Below are positions 24,701 through 37,500 of a DNA stretch of 64,000 bases, piece after piece. The stretch's first letter is position 1. Each line of letters begins with the position of its first letter. Origin of the DNA: Zygnema circumcarinatum SAG 698-1b (Eukaryota; Plantae; Zygnematophyceae). The stretch covers positions 1,302,001 to 1,366,000 of the forward strand of contig CM074804.1 in assembly GCA_037447605.1 (NCBI GenBank), given 5' to 3'. The notes under the pieces were generated by a model. It worked only from the letters and a program-made list of their open reading frames with translations, was not told the DNA's origin and ran no database searches. The position numbers were made by a program, and so were the translations under genes.

Positions 24701-27700
24701 GGGAGAATGGGCGGAAGGGACGGAAGCGGTGGAGAGAGGGAGAGAGAGACGGAGGGAGAGGGAAATAGGAAGAGGAGAGAGGGAAAGGAAGGGGGGGAGA
24801 GGGAAGGGGAGGGATTGGGAGAGAGCAGCGCGGGTAAGAGGAGAAGGTAGAGGGAGGGGGAGTATAAAGGACAATTGATGTCCACCAACTGACATTACAA
24901 TCACACACATCCGGGGGAGCCCGCTGACCCCAATTGTGGACAAACTCGAACTCCAGAACCATGGCAGACCCCCATTTCTTTTGTCCGTTTACCCTCTTAA
25001 ACCTGAAAGAGGTTCGACAGTTCAGTGCAGAAAATATATAGGCAGCTCGCCTTCCACCAACCACGATGCTATGTACAGGCCTTGCCCAATGTGAACGCGG
25101 CCATTCTCTCTCCCTCTCCCGCGCTGCCGCACACCCGTTTCTCTCGCCCTCTCTCGAGTCCTTAGAAATCCTTCAGCTGCTCTGTACAGAAACAGGTATA
25201 GACTTAACCTTTTTCTTTGGTACCAGACTCCTAAACCTAAACCCTTAAAAGTTTGAAACCCTCTGCCCCTCCCCCCTACTACCACTATATGCACAGGTAC
25301 ACATTTTCAGTGATTCCACAGACATCTTTGAGGTCTGAAAACTGAGATTTGTCGGACCAATATTTCTGCCCCCCTCTCCCTCCCTTTCTCCCCCACTCTC
25401 TCCCTCCCTCCCTCCCTCCTCTCTCACTCTCTCCCATCTCCATGCCGCCGCACCGCTTCCACCAGCCTAAGAAAAGGAAGGGACACAATTGCGAAGGCGA
25501 ACACGGCTGCTTCCTCCTCTCCCCGCAACTGTCAATTTCACCTGCAGAAAATCCTGAACCCTGAGCGCGTGAACCTCCGCCAAAACCCTAAAATTAAGCC
25601 GCCCTTGCCCCCCAGCCCTGCCAGCTGGCCCCCCACTTTCGAGGCGCAGTGGATGCCAGGCCCGCCTTGATAATGTCGAGGGCGCGTTCCGTGTGCTGGG
25701 GAGCCAACAGTTGCGGGTCCGACGGATTTCGACGCAACGGCGCCATGGAAACTCCGCCCAGTCCCTGCTGCTGGTCCGCGTTTTGGAAGGAGGCGGTTCC
25801 ATGTTCCGATTCGCGGCGACTCTGCTCCTGCTCTCTCTCGCGTAGAGCGCTTCGAAGGCGATCCAACTCGGCCATTCTGGGAGGTGAGGGAGGAGGTGCG
25901 CAGCTTAATATTTAACTTGATCAGGTGCTATTGCATGTTACTCAATTACACCAATTTTTCCTTTAATTTGCTTCAAAAGGACTGAAGGATTAGCTCCACT
26001 CACAGGCCGATCAGGGAACGCTGGTTCCTGCCTCCCCCTCTCCCCTCTCCCCTCTCCCCTCTCCCCTCTNNNNNNNNNNCTCCCCTCTCCCCTCTCCCCT
26101 CTCCCCTCTCCTCTCTCCCATTCCCTTCCTAGAGCACTCTCGTGGACTGCGGAACTTTAAGAAAACCGGCAAAAGGAATCAGCCAACGTTCTTTCTAGAT
26201 CCCTTCTTAAATACTACTCCCAAAAACTATCCCCTCCCCACAAACCAGAGTCACATCGGCAGAAATAGCCCCAAACCACCAATCTTCAATCTCACTCAAT
26301 TTTAGCCTAAACTTCACTTCCTTCTAACGATTTACAGACCTCCGAACCTAAAAAACTTAAAGACATCCTCCCTCCTTCCCATCTTCCCCCCCCCTCCCTT
26401 CCTCTTAAAGATCATTCATCTCAAAAAGTTGCACGAAACGTCTCACCGTAACACTTTGAACAAGGGGAAAAGAAATCTACTAACTTACTCGAGTGTGAGT
26501 GCGAGGCGGTGCCTCGCGACAGGACTCCCGAACTCCAAATCGTCATCTTCCTCCTCTCCCTCCGTATCTCCCTCTCCCTCCGTCCCGCGCACATCCTCCA
26601 CATCGCTGCTCAAATCATCCGACTCTGAAACTTCGACTCTCTGCGAACTGCCCATACACCATACAATATGCACATTAGAACAAGCGGGATAGACAGAAAG
26701 AAACAGAACTGGGGGAGAGAGAGAAAGCGTGCGCGCGGGGGAGGGAGAGGCGAGAGAGGAAGAGAGACACGCTCCCCTCTTCCCCCCGACCTTCCAATGC
26801 CTCTCATTACTCTCCTCTCTCCCATTACCGCCTCACCAACTCCTCCCCCTCCCTCTCTATTCCTCTCCCTCCCTCAATTTCCCTCATGCCCTCCCCTCCC
26901 TCTCCCTGTGGCCCTCGTCGACCACTCCTTGTGCCGCCGCCCACCCCTCCCCCCTTCTTGCCCCCTCCTCCCTCTCCCCTCCATTTCCTTTCTCATATCC
27001 ATTTCCCCTCTCCCTCTCCTTCTCCTTCTTCCCCTCCAACTCCTCTCCCTTCCTCCATGGCCCTCTCTACCTCCCTCACCCTCCCAACTCTCTGTGATCC
27101 TTTCCCTCCAGGCATTCCCCTCCCTCTCTCTGCAGCTCCCATCCCCCCCCTCATTCCGCAGCACTAACCCTTTCCCGTCCTTCATGACTCTCTCCCTCAC
27201 ACTCTCTCCGCATACCCTCCTCCCCCACTTCCTTATCCCACCTTCCTTTCGTCCCCGCTACTCCCCCTCCTTGGCTGTTGCCTTACATTCCCTCTGCCCC
27301 TAACTCGCCAAACAGACTGACTTTTCCCTCTCCCACCCCTCCCCACTCTTTTCACTCTTTTCTCCCTACCCTTAACTAGCCCCCTATTCCTCTTCCACTC
27401 ACCTTGACCCCCCACCCTTTCTCTCTCCTCAAGTCCCTTCCTCCTTTCCCTCACCATCCTCCCTTCCTACCACCCCTTCCCTCCTTGCCCTTCCTATCTC
27501 CCCCCTCCTTCCCCTCACTCCCTCTGCCACACTCCCTTCCCCCAGCTCTCAACAACTCCCTCTCACCTAAACACCGTTTCCTCCAAAACCGCTGAAGGTG
27601 TTCGAAGACTACTTTCATCCCCCGAAAAAGCGTCAAAACTTAAGTTTTGAACTGAAATCTCTGCTCTCACACCATGCACATCTCCCTCTTCCAACTGTTT

Positions 27701-28103
27701 CTGTGTGCCACAATTTTCCACTGCAACAGACCCCCCAATCCCTGCAGGTAACCCCCTATTGCTGTCTGTCTTTAAACGGTTTAAATCCGGCCCTGCTTTG
27801 ATTGGAGGCTTTGAGTCCCGCTTCCTCCCCGATTTACCCATTTCCTTGTTGCTCTTCCCGCCGTTGTGGCTGACGGATTTTGTTGAAAAATCGCGGATAT
27901 TCTGTCGCGGATTCTTCTGACCCGTCCTCGGGGGAAATCTGGCGGCATTCTTTGACTGCATCTACCCGACAAGAATGAGAAATGGACTTTAAACATTTGC
28001 ATACGTTTGCATTATGTATGTGCCGACACTAATGAAATCATGCGAGATACAGGCATAAAAGATGAAACGGATATCCCTACAATGGAGATGATTGTCTCTC
28101 CCC

Positions 28104-28138
<35 letters not shown>

Positions 28139-28468
28139 CCCCCCCACCTCACCCGCTCCCTGTAGCTTTCTTTCCCAAAAAGAACCCTTCCCTACCAAAA
28201 TTGCAGTCAACAGGAGAGGAATCGCCTGGTCCTTAGTGAATTAGATCAGACGAAAGGCAAGAAACTACCTTCGTTCTAATAATTGCGCAAAAAAAAGTAC
28301 TTTTTTGCGCAGAATTGAAACTTACCGCTCGTGCGGCGCCCTCCCTGATCTCACATCAACAAGCCGAAAAACAATTCTTACCAGCATAAACATAAGATCA
28401 AAGAAACTCACCGGAGCCGCCAAATCAATGCTCGCCAGACATAGAGGAAGACCGCTACGGGTCGGCAT
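21778..28468 (-). CDS. Multi-exon protein of unknown function with an acidic tract and a coiled coil, 14 exons including micro-exons
   Basis: Phase-consistent GT-AG model: 28468-28412, 28344-28326, 28191-28153, 28076-28051, 27961-27567, 26647-26489, then 24133-24110, 23982-23743, 23693-23648, 23572-23534, 23440-23409, 23287-23183, 23108-23015 (or the duplicate block 1895 bp higher), then 22098-21778. Translation includes ...LALTLENQRSLIGLMAELDRLRSALREREQEQ. Exons 9-14 are less certain. Confidence 0.65.
22290..26069. repeat. Gap-bounded direct duplication, 22290-24174 and 24185-26069 (1885 bp each), probable assembly artefact
   Basis: The two copies look identical except for two 1-nt indels in low-complexity sequence. 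Each copy is flanked by 10-N gaps, and the duplicated ORF pairs appear in the ORF track. Confidence 0.93.
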
Positions 28469-29937
28469 TTTCGACAAATTAAAGGGTTCAAACAAAAAAT
28501 TACAAACAGGTCCCTCAGATTTGGGCTCCGCACATCCGCCCCTCTAGCCCCTTCTATCGTCCTCTCACCACTCCCCCTCTCTCTCTCCCCCCCCCTCTCT
28601 CACCCTCCTCTCTCTCCTCCCACACTCTCTTTCCCTCTCAGTTGCCCTCTCCCTCAGAAAACGCAAAAGATCATCGATTCCCACTTAACTTCTGTTCCAA
28701 AAAACAAGTATTTCTGCGATATGTCCCTCAAAAGCCCATACTAGAGCGCCCCATCTGCTTAAAATCTAAAAAAATGGCCCCCTAATTTTTTCTAAAAATT
28801 CCTGCCCCTCCCCCTCCCGCGCCCATTCAAGCAGAGCCCCTGACGAAGCTTCCCTCCACCTTTCTCTGCTGCTCCGCTGGATCGCAAATGCCCCCGTTCC
28901 CACTAGACCTTCGTACGGACGATACTGTACGAAACAAACCGGACTTCCACAAGTCGTACGGTAAATTTGTCGCTGGCGATCGCGTCCACGGCGGCACCGC
29001 CACTTTTCGTACGAAAAAATTCGAAAACAGACAAAAAGATACGTGTGACACGTGTCGGGTGAAGAGGCCGCCGGCGCTTTATGAAAAGATCGCAACAAAT
29101 CCAGATCGACGGTCGAGAGGAAACATTTTTGCCACGTGGCGACAATCGGACGCTGGAAAGTGGCCAGGCTGGACCAATTTGCGGTTGGCGCGGAAGTCAA
29201 AGTCGGGCGGCGAAGATTCGGAAGGAAAAACTAGAGTCGGGCAGAAAGAAAACAAATGGAGGTAGGTGCGGGCAGAAAATGTGTATTTTTTGGGCAGACC
29301 GTGCTGTACGGTCAACGGCCAGCGGGCAGAAAAAAATGTTTCAAAGAGTCACTTTGAAGATACGGTCTCAAGAAACAATTTTCATTCTTTCTAAGGTACG
29401 ACGGCAGCCGTACATTTATTCCACGTGGTAGTACATCACCGGTCGGTTTGGGATATTCCTTTTTTCCAGCGGTCAGAACAATGTGTCAGCTCAAAGGAAT
29501 AGTTCTTTTTTATTTACCTTCCGCCCGAACCGTGACCCTCGCTCCTGATTGGCACCCGGAAGCATTCGATATCTGCCAGAGCGAGAATGGCTCCGCAACC
29601 GTCGGATCAAATCGCAGCCGTCCATCAATCCCCGTGATCAAATCTCAGCCGTCATCCTTGTGTGCGATCAAATCTCAGCCGTGCATTCGCTGCCGCGGTC
29701 CCCCCTGCGGCCAAATTACTGGATTCGATTATTTTTTTTCGCCGCCAGTCGCCGTCGGCTCTAGCCCTAAACGTCAGCTGCGCGCCACGTCAACTGCCAC
29801 ATGCCGCCTCATGAGTGGCAGCTGAGCTGGTCCATTTCCCACATGTGACGGACTAGTTTAGCGTTGGCGTGTTTCACAATTTGAGCATGGAGGCGCCATT
29901 AAGAGTCGGTCCCTTCCCGCCCACTTCAAACCTGTCC

Positions 29938-30015
<78 letters not shown>

Positions 30016-30364
30016 CTCTCTCTCTCTCATGCCTCGGCCCTCTCTCTCTCCCCCCCTCCTGCGCCTCCCTCCTCCCTTCCTCGCCTCACTGCCACGTGGC
30101 GGCACCAGGTCCAATCCCCTCAGATTATTTCCGCCCAAATATTTGAACCCAAAGCTTTCATTTCTGCCCCTGACGTGCCTCATCTTCTCCCCCTTCAGTC
30201 CCTCTCTCGCCCTCTCCTCGCCTGTCTCAAATTCCCTGAACCCTAGATCCCAAAAACCCGTACCTTTATCAAAAGCGGGAGAGCGGGAGCCCCTCTCTCA
30301 AGGGCAAGCAGCAGGAGTGAGCTTTGCGAAAAAATACCGAAACTATCCCAACGGAATTTGCGAC

Positions 30365-33300
30365 ATGGAACGTGTTGCGGAGAGACAGCTCATTGATGAC
30401 TCAGCAGCAGCAGCAACGCCGGAGGATTCGACAAGTGCCCAAGAGAAATCAACAGATGAATCTAGGGTGCCACGTGCAGAACACGACAAGCTATGCGACA
30501 AAAGCGATGGAACCGATGATGCAGCGGAAGGAGCGGGAGAGGCGGAGAGGGGAGAGGGAGCGAGGGAGGGTGGGAGGGAGGGAGAGGGAGAGAGGGAGGG
30601 AGAGGGAGTGAGGGAGGGAGACGAGGAGGTCGCAAAGGGGGCCGGGGACGAGAAAGGCGGCGAGGGTTCAAGGCCGAGTGTACGGAGGGCGGGTTTAACG
30701 TACAGGTTGACGGATGGCGCGGTCCTCGTTCTGCAGGGCGGGGACATCACGGCCTGGAGGGCCGACGGAGAACGGGACGCAATTGTGAGTACATGGAACC
30801 GGGGGGGGGGGGGGGGGGGGGGGGGNNNNNNNNNNGGGGTTTGCAATTTGCTTTTATTTTATTTTTTATTTTTTTTTTTTATGAATTTTGTCCTTTTTTG
30901 ACGCGTGCAGGTGAATGCAGCAAACGAACGCATGCTTGGAGGCGGTGGAGTTGACGGCGGTAAGTTTTATTTTTATGCGTAAATATATGTAATGTATCTA
31001 ATAATAATATCTAGCTTGAGATTTTGACGATGTCGAATTCCGAATGGAGATGTTTTCAAAAAACGTTTTAAAGCTGCATTCTCAAATTCTTGCTGGGTGC
31101 TTCCTTGTCGCCGGACCTTTTCTGCCCATTTTTTTGCTTTTCTGGCACTCTCCCTCTGCATAGAAACAACTTTATAAAAAAAAACTTTTATCTATCGACT
31201 AAAATGCGCTTCTATTTTAGTATTTTATTTTTTTCTCGGTTTGGGTTTTTTTCAGCTATTCATCGCGCAGCCGGTCCTGCCCTCCTTGAGGAATGTCGGA
31301 AAGTTCCGGAAGTATCGCCAGCTGTCAGATGCAGGACAGGCGAGGCAGTGGCTACAGGGTGCGCAAATCTTGTCTTTTTCGCCCTCAAGGAGGTCTAATA
31401 GTTAGAAAACCTTGAATCCAAGCTCGAATTTCTTAATTTGGACAGGAGGGAGTCGAGGATGGAGGGAGAGAGAGGGAGGGGAAGAGAGAGGAAGGGAGCG
31501 AGAGGGAGGGAGAGGGAGGGAGCGGGAAAAAGAGGGACGAATCGGAAAAGTGGGACGAATCGGAAAAGAGGGAGGGAGAGAGGAGAGGGGAGAGGGAGGA
31601 GGACAGAGGGGAAGGGCGAGAGAGGGAGGGAGACAGAGAGGGGGGCGAGAGGGGGGAGGGAGAGTGGGTAGGGGTGAAATTAGGGGGTGTAGGGTGGGAT
31701 GGAAGGTGCTGGCGGTTTGGGAAAAAGGAGAGAGCGAATTAGCGGGAGGGATAGGGAGGGGAGAGATAGAGTGGGGTTATAGCTTGGTTGAAACAACGAG
31801 TTTTGGTCATTGCTATTGTGCCTGGGAGGAGAGTTCAGTGTTAGGAGAGAGGAGGTTACCAAGAAAGCAAACTTTTTTCCGCATATTTTCCGTAATTGTA
31901 TGCCCGGCTGTGGCATTTATGGTTCTGATCCCTCCCTCCCCCCGCCCACCCCGTCCTCTCGTCTTTTTTTTATGACTTGGTGGAACTTTTCAGCTCTGGG
32001 CAGCTGCCTGTGCGATATGTGATTCACACGGTGGGACCGATCTACAGGGGAAGAGAGAAGGATGCCGAACTGCTCTACAATGCATACAGGTATGGGGGAG
32101 AGAGCAGGGGGAGAGGGGGGTGAGAGAGGGTGGAGGAGGGGGAGGAGTAGAGAGAGACGGGGGAGGGGGGGAGGAAAGAGGGGGAAAAGGGGTGGGAGAG
32201 AGAAGGTGGAAGGGGGGAAGAGAGGAGGGGGAGGGAAAGAGGGAGAGAGAGGGGAGAGTGGGCGTAGTGCGGGGAGTGAGAGGGGGGAGGGAGGGCTGAA
32301 GGAGGGCTGAAGAAGGGTGTGAGGAAGAGTGGGGGGGAGAGAGGGGGAGGGAGAGAGAGTGGGGGAGGGAAAGGCAGAGAGAGGGGTGAAGGAGGGGAGG
32401 GGGGAGAGAGGGGGGAGGGTGGGGGGGCGAGAGGGGGGGGGGAGGAGGGGGAGGGAGGGGGAGAGAGGGGGGAGAGAGGGGGGGAGAGAGGGAGNNNNNN
32501 NNNNGGAGAGAGGGAGAGGGGGAAGGGATGGGTGAGAGAGAGAAGGGTTGGAGAGGAGACAGGGAGGGAGGGAGAGCGGAGATAGAGCCGGGGGGACAGA
32601 AAAAGAGAGAGGTGTGGGGGGAGGGAGGAAGACAGTGAGGCGTGGTAGGAGGGGAGAGAGAGGGGAGAGAGGGGGGGGGCGAGAACGAGGGGGAGAAAGA
32701 CAGAGAGAGGGGGATAGTGGGGGAAAGGGAGAGGGGTGGGGAGAGAGAGCGATAAGGATTAGGAGGGAGGGAGGAGGGGGAGTAAGGGGGAGAAGGCTTC
32801 TCTTTCTCCCTCATCATATCTCTTGCATCTTTGCCCCTTCATATTCCCACTTCCTCGTCCCTGTCCTTCCTTCTCCAGCCCTCCTCTCCATCCTCTCCTC
32901 TCCCTCTCCGTTTCTCTCTCTCGGTTCCTTTGTTCGATCATTCCCTATCTCTCTCTCCCATTCATCATCTCTCTCTTTCACACACACGAAGCAACTACAT
33001 CAATGAGCCCCACTTCTGTAATGTTCTTAAAGCGACGTTTTCTCCCTCCACTTTTCTGTCCCTCTTTCTCTCTCCTCCATACCTCTTCTATCGAAAGTAA
33101 ACGTAGTCTTGTACTTAGAACTATCAAATTCTGTCCCAAAACGCCACCTTTTTAATTATTTTTGTTCTTAGAGTTCTGTCCTGCAGGAGTTCCTTAAAAA
33201 GAGCGGAGGAATTGGGCGTGGAATTTATCTGTTTTCCGGCAATTTCATGCGGAGTTTACGGGTAAAATGTTAATTAGTTATTACAATTTTGTCCCATAAC

Positions 33301-34130
33301 CCCTCTTATGTATATCCCTCTACTGAAGGCCGTGATTTGTTTGTGTGTAGTGGGTTTTTAAGGCTTTTTTGGGTTTTTAGGATTTTCTATGGTTTTTAGG
33401 GTTTTCAGGGCTCAGGCAGCGGTGGACAGAAATTTGGAAAAGTGAGCGAGTTGTGAAATGTAAAGAATACTGGTGATCTGAATGTGATTGACCAATTTTT
33501 TGGGTTTTTTTTTTTTTGGGGCATTTAGTCAACCTTATAGTCAATGCTTTCTGTCTGATAATCAATGGATGCAATGTAAGAGATCAATGTTACTGATTGG
33601 GTTTTTTTTTTCTTTTTTTTTATGCTTTTGAATTTTTCTGGTTGTGCAGGTATCCACTTAACGAAGCAGCGGAAATTGCTTTACGATCAATTCAAGACAA
33701 TGTCGGAAATGTGAAAGAGGTCAGAACCGAACGCTTCCATTGTAACCCTAAAACTCAAAATTCCAAAAAACAATAATTCTAAAAAGAGAAAACACAGACT
33801 ATCGCAGAGCTGATAAATTCTTCATAACCTCTCTAATGTCGGTTTTTGCTTACGGCAAACCTTCGTATAGTCAGGAAATAACTGGTTCATATTTTGAAAT
33901 TGAAATTTGGACGTTGGTTTATTTTGTTTTGTTTCAAGTTTCAGTTATTTCTAAACCTCCCCCTTTTTCATTTTTTTTTCTTTCCTTTGCAGGTACATTT
34001 TGCTTTATTCGATGCTGGTGCACAGATTGCTTTTAGATCTGCCGCAGACTTCTACCTGCAAAAGTTGCCCATGGAGGAGAACATTCCCGAACCGGGCAGG
34101 GCTCATTCTGAAATAAAAGGAGGCGAATAA
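30365..34130 (+). CDS. Macrodomain protein (MacroD / Appr-1''-p processing, ADP-ribosylhydrolase-like) with acidic N-terminal extension, 7 exons
   Basis: Exons give LVLQGGDITAW...DAI (ends 30784), VNAANERMLGGGGVDG (30911-30959), AIHRAAGPALLEECRKV...TG, LPVRYVIHTVGPIY, FICFPAISCGVYG, YPLNEAAEIAL, VHFALF to stop at 34130. These are canonical MacroD motifs. Confidence 0.95.
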
Positions 34131-34584
34131 TTGGCGGACTCTGAAGCCCAAACGGCGGAAAAGGATTTGTGAAGGGAAAGAAGAACTTGAAGGGAAATTT
34201 TCTGATAAAGGGAACAAAGAGTAATTTGGATTTTTGTTTTTCATTTTTTTGATGCGAAAGTGGGATTGGAGGAGTGTACAGGAAAGGGGCCAAAAGAAGA
34301 CGAGAGAAAGAGGGGAGCAGATTAATGTCGGCAATGTCAAAGATGATTTTGGTATTTTATGTGCAAGCGAATTTGGATGATGTCGATATGTCTATGAGTG
34401 CGAGATCTTTACAAAAAAACTGATTTCTTGTTCTTAAATTGGTTACTTGTACGTTTTTCTGTTTACGTTGGTCTTGTTTGTTAAGGTTGGGGCCACCAAG
34501 TACACATAGAGAGCTCAAAATCATTTTCCCATTTACAGGAGAAAGGCTCCACTTAGTACAACACGAAAGTATGCAATGAGAGTA

Positions 34585-37500
34585 CTACCGTGAAAGCAAT
34601 CTTCTTGGCGTCCTTCTCCTAACTTTAAGCTTCTCCTCTCTCTTCACCTCCGCCACAAGTGGCAGCCATTCTTCCTCACTCTCACTCTCACTCTCACTCT
34701 CCTCCCTTTCCTCACCCTTCCACTCCGCCTGCTCTTCCGACTCACTCTCCCCCTCCCTTGCGTTCCCCTCCTCCCCCCTCCCTCCCTCCCTCTCTCCCTC
34801 CCCGCCGCTCCTCCCCTTCCCTCCAAAACCCACATCCTCCACCTGCCTCTCACTCTCACCCACATCCAAAAGCCTTCCCTCTCCCCTCACCCTCTCCGTC
34901 AACCCTCCCCCTCCCTCCCCTTCCCCTTCCTCCTCTTCCTCCTCCTCCTCCTCCCCGTCATCCCCCCACTCCCCCTCCTCCCCACCCTCCTTCCTCCCAT
35001 CCCACTCCCTCTCCCTCTCCCTCTCCCTCCTCGCCCTCCTCCCCCCACTCATGGGCCGCAGCTCCTCCTTCATCCCCTCCAGCACATAGGGCTCCATGAG
35101 CTTCCATAGCCAAAGTGCCGACCTCCCCTTGAAACGGATCACATCTCCCGTCTTTCTCCTCTTCCTCTCACAGTCCATAGACCTCGCCTTCATCGCCTCC
35201 ACTACCAGCTCTATCTCTCTGGCTGAATACTGTTTAGCGTTCAGTAAAACTCCCCCCGTTTCTATGCACCTGCTCCCTCCGTACATGTACCAGTAGGCCA
35301 ATGCTCGGGGAGAAAGCCATCTATGGATCAGTCTCGGAATTTTTCCCTCTCCTTCCGAACTCCACTGATGAGCATAGAACCGGAAAGAGCCGTGACTCAC
35401 TGTCGCAAAGTGAACCACTTTCGACTCCCTCTCTCTCTCCCTCTCTCTCTCCCTCTCTCTCTCCCTCTCTCCCTCCCTCTCTCCCTCCCTCTCTCCCTCC
35501 CTCCCTCCATCTCCCGAGCTCTCTCCCACACTTCCGAGCCAAACCGGTTTCGACTCGGGTGCTTTTTGCGCCCAGTCTTTGAACTCACCATAGAGATGTT
35601 GGATTAGTCCCACATGCGACAAATCTTCCGCCAACGCTTCAAAGTGGACTTCATACGTGCGGTCATTGTCTCGAGTCTCGATACGCGCACCACCCAAAAG
35701 CACTCCCACCAGCATCTCCCTCTGCTCTCTCTCCAGCTTCAGTTTCCCCTTCTCATCACTTAGAATTCTCTTCAATCCCACTGCTCTCGCCGCTGCCTCT
35801 CTCACTCCTCCTCTCATCTTAAGCTTCGTTCCAAGCTTGGCCTGCATTGTCGCATAAATTTCTTTAGCTTCCCGAAATCTGCCCGACTTCGAAAATTCCA
35901 CTAACAATAATTCAAAAGTTGTTTGGTCAGCTCCAACCCCTCCATCTTCAATCATTTCCTCATATACTGCTTTTGCTTTATTCACCCATTCCTCTCCCAC
36001 ATCCTTTTCCTTCACATCTCCTCCTCCTCCTCCTGCCCCCTCTTCTCCCGCTTCCTCCGCTCTTCCTCCCTCCCCCCCTCTAAGTCCTCTCTCCCTCTCT
36101 CTCTCGCCCCTCACACTCTTCGCCTTTTCTATGTAAGCTTCAATCAAGCAATTATTCGACTCCTGATTGGGTTCACACCCTAACTGTTCCATCCTCTTAA
36201 TCCCTTCTTCCACTTTTTCTACCATCCCTTTCTTCACATAAAGCTTCAAAACTTGATTAAAAGCCTCCTCTAAAGGTTTCATTTTTCTGTCGATCATCTT
36301 CTTCAGCAAAACTTCAGACTTCTCTATATCTTCCAGCCCACAAAAAGCTTCCATAAGGACAGTACAAGCCCTCAAATTAATCCTAATTTTCTCTTTATTC
36401 GCCCTTTCCCATATCCCCTCTACTTTCTCATACCACCCTGCCCTTAAGTATGTTTCCATAACATCGACATACATAGAAATGGTTGGAACAATTCGCTCCT
36501 CTACCACCTCCTGCAGACCCTTCTCCGCCCTCTCTGCCAGCCTTTGAAGCTTCTCTCTCTCCTCAGTCTCCCTCTCCCTGCTCTCCCCTCCCTCCCTTGC
36601 CTCCCTCCCCCCTCCTCTCTCTCCCTCTCCTCCCTCTTCCTCTTGCTTAGAGAGCTCCAAAATTGCTTCAACTCTCCCTTGCTCCAACTCCTTCGTCGTT
36701 TCTATCGCCGCTGCTTTTTTAGCACATGCTTCCAAAACTGCAGCCATGGCATTTTTATTTACTTTTATGTCCAAATTTTTCATCTCTGAGAGGAGATTTT
36801 CCACCCTCTCCAGATCCCCTCTCCTTCCCGCCAAGTCGCAGAGGCGGCAGTACATGTCCCCCGTTCCCTGCATTCCGTTCCGTTGCATGTCACGGAGAAC
36901 GGATTCTGCTCGACTGATGAACGTCACGTTCCATGGGCCCTCCGTCAAATGCTGCAAGGGAAAGAATAAATAAATAAATAAAATTACAACAACAACAAAT
37001 AAAACCCAATCTGTCATTAGTTTCACGAAACCGACATAGCTTTCTTCAAATTCTTTTCTGATTTAGAACGAAAACGAATTAACGAACGACGAAGGTTTTT
37101 TCAGAACAATTTTCCTCACCTTGAAGAGGAGATTTAACATAGCCGGAGAAGGAGAAAATTCCGCAAACTGCTTCATTCTCTCATAGAGCCCCCACCCCTT
37201 CTCCAGCTCTAAGGACTGCCCTTCCCTTACGAGAGCAGAAATTATGAGTTCATATGTGGAGGATAGGGGCACCATTCCGTGGGTGATCATCATGTCGTAC
37301 AGTTCCATGCAGCGGCTCAGTTTCGACAGTTTCGCCATCTCCTCCACCAATCGCGTGTAGACTTCAAAATTGGGTTCGTACCACTCCATTTGCCGGCTCC
37401 ATTTCAGGACCTGCAAACACTCGGGAAATTCAAAGCAAGAAAACAAAAAAACCAACAACAACAATCAAGTAAATAAGAAAGGAAAGAACAAAAAAAGTAT

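Noticed and set aside
31412-33006. Gly/Arg/Glu-rich and Pro-rich ORFs
   Set aside because: They lie in purine-rich introns of the macrodomain gene, bounded by clear splice sites.
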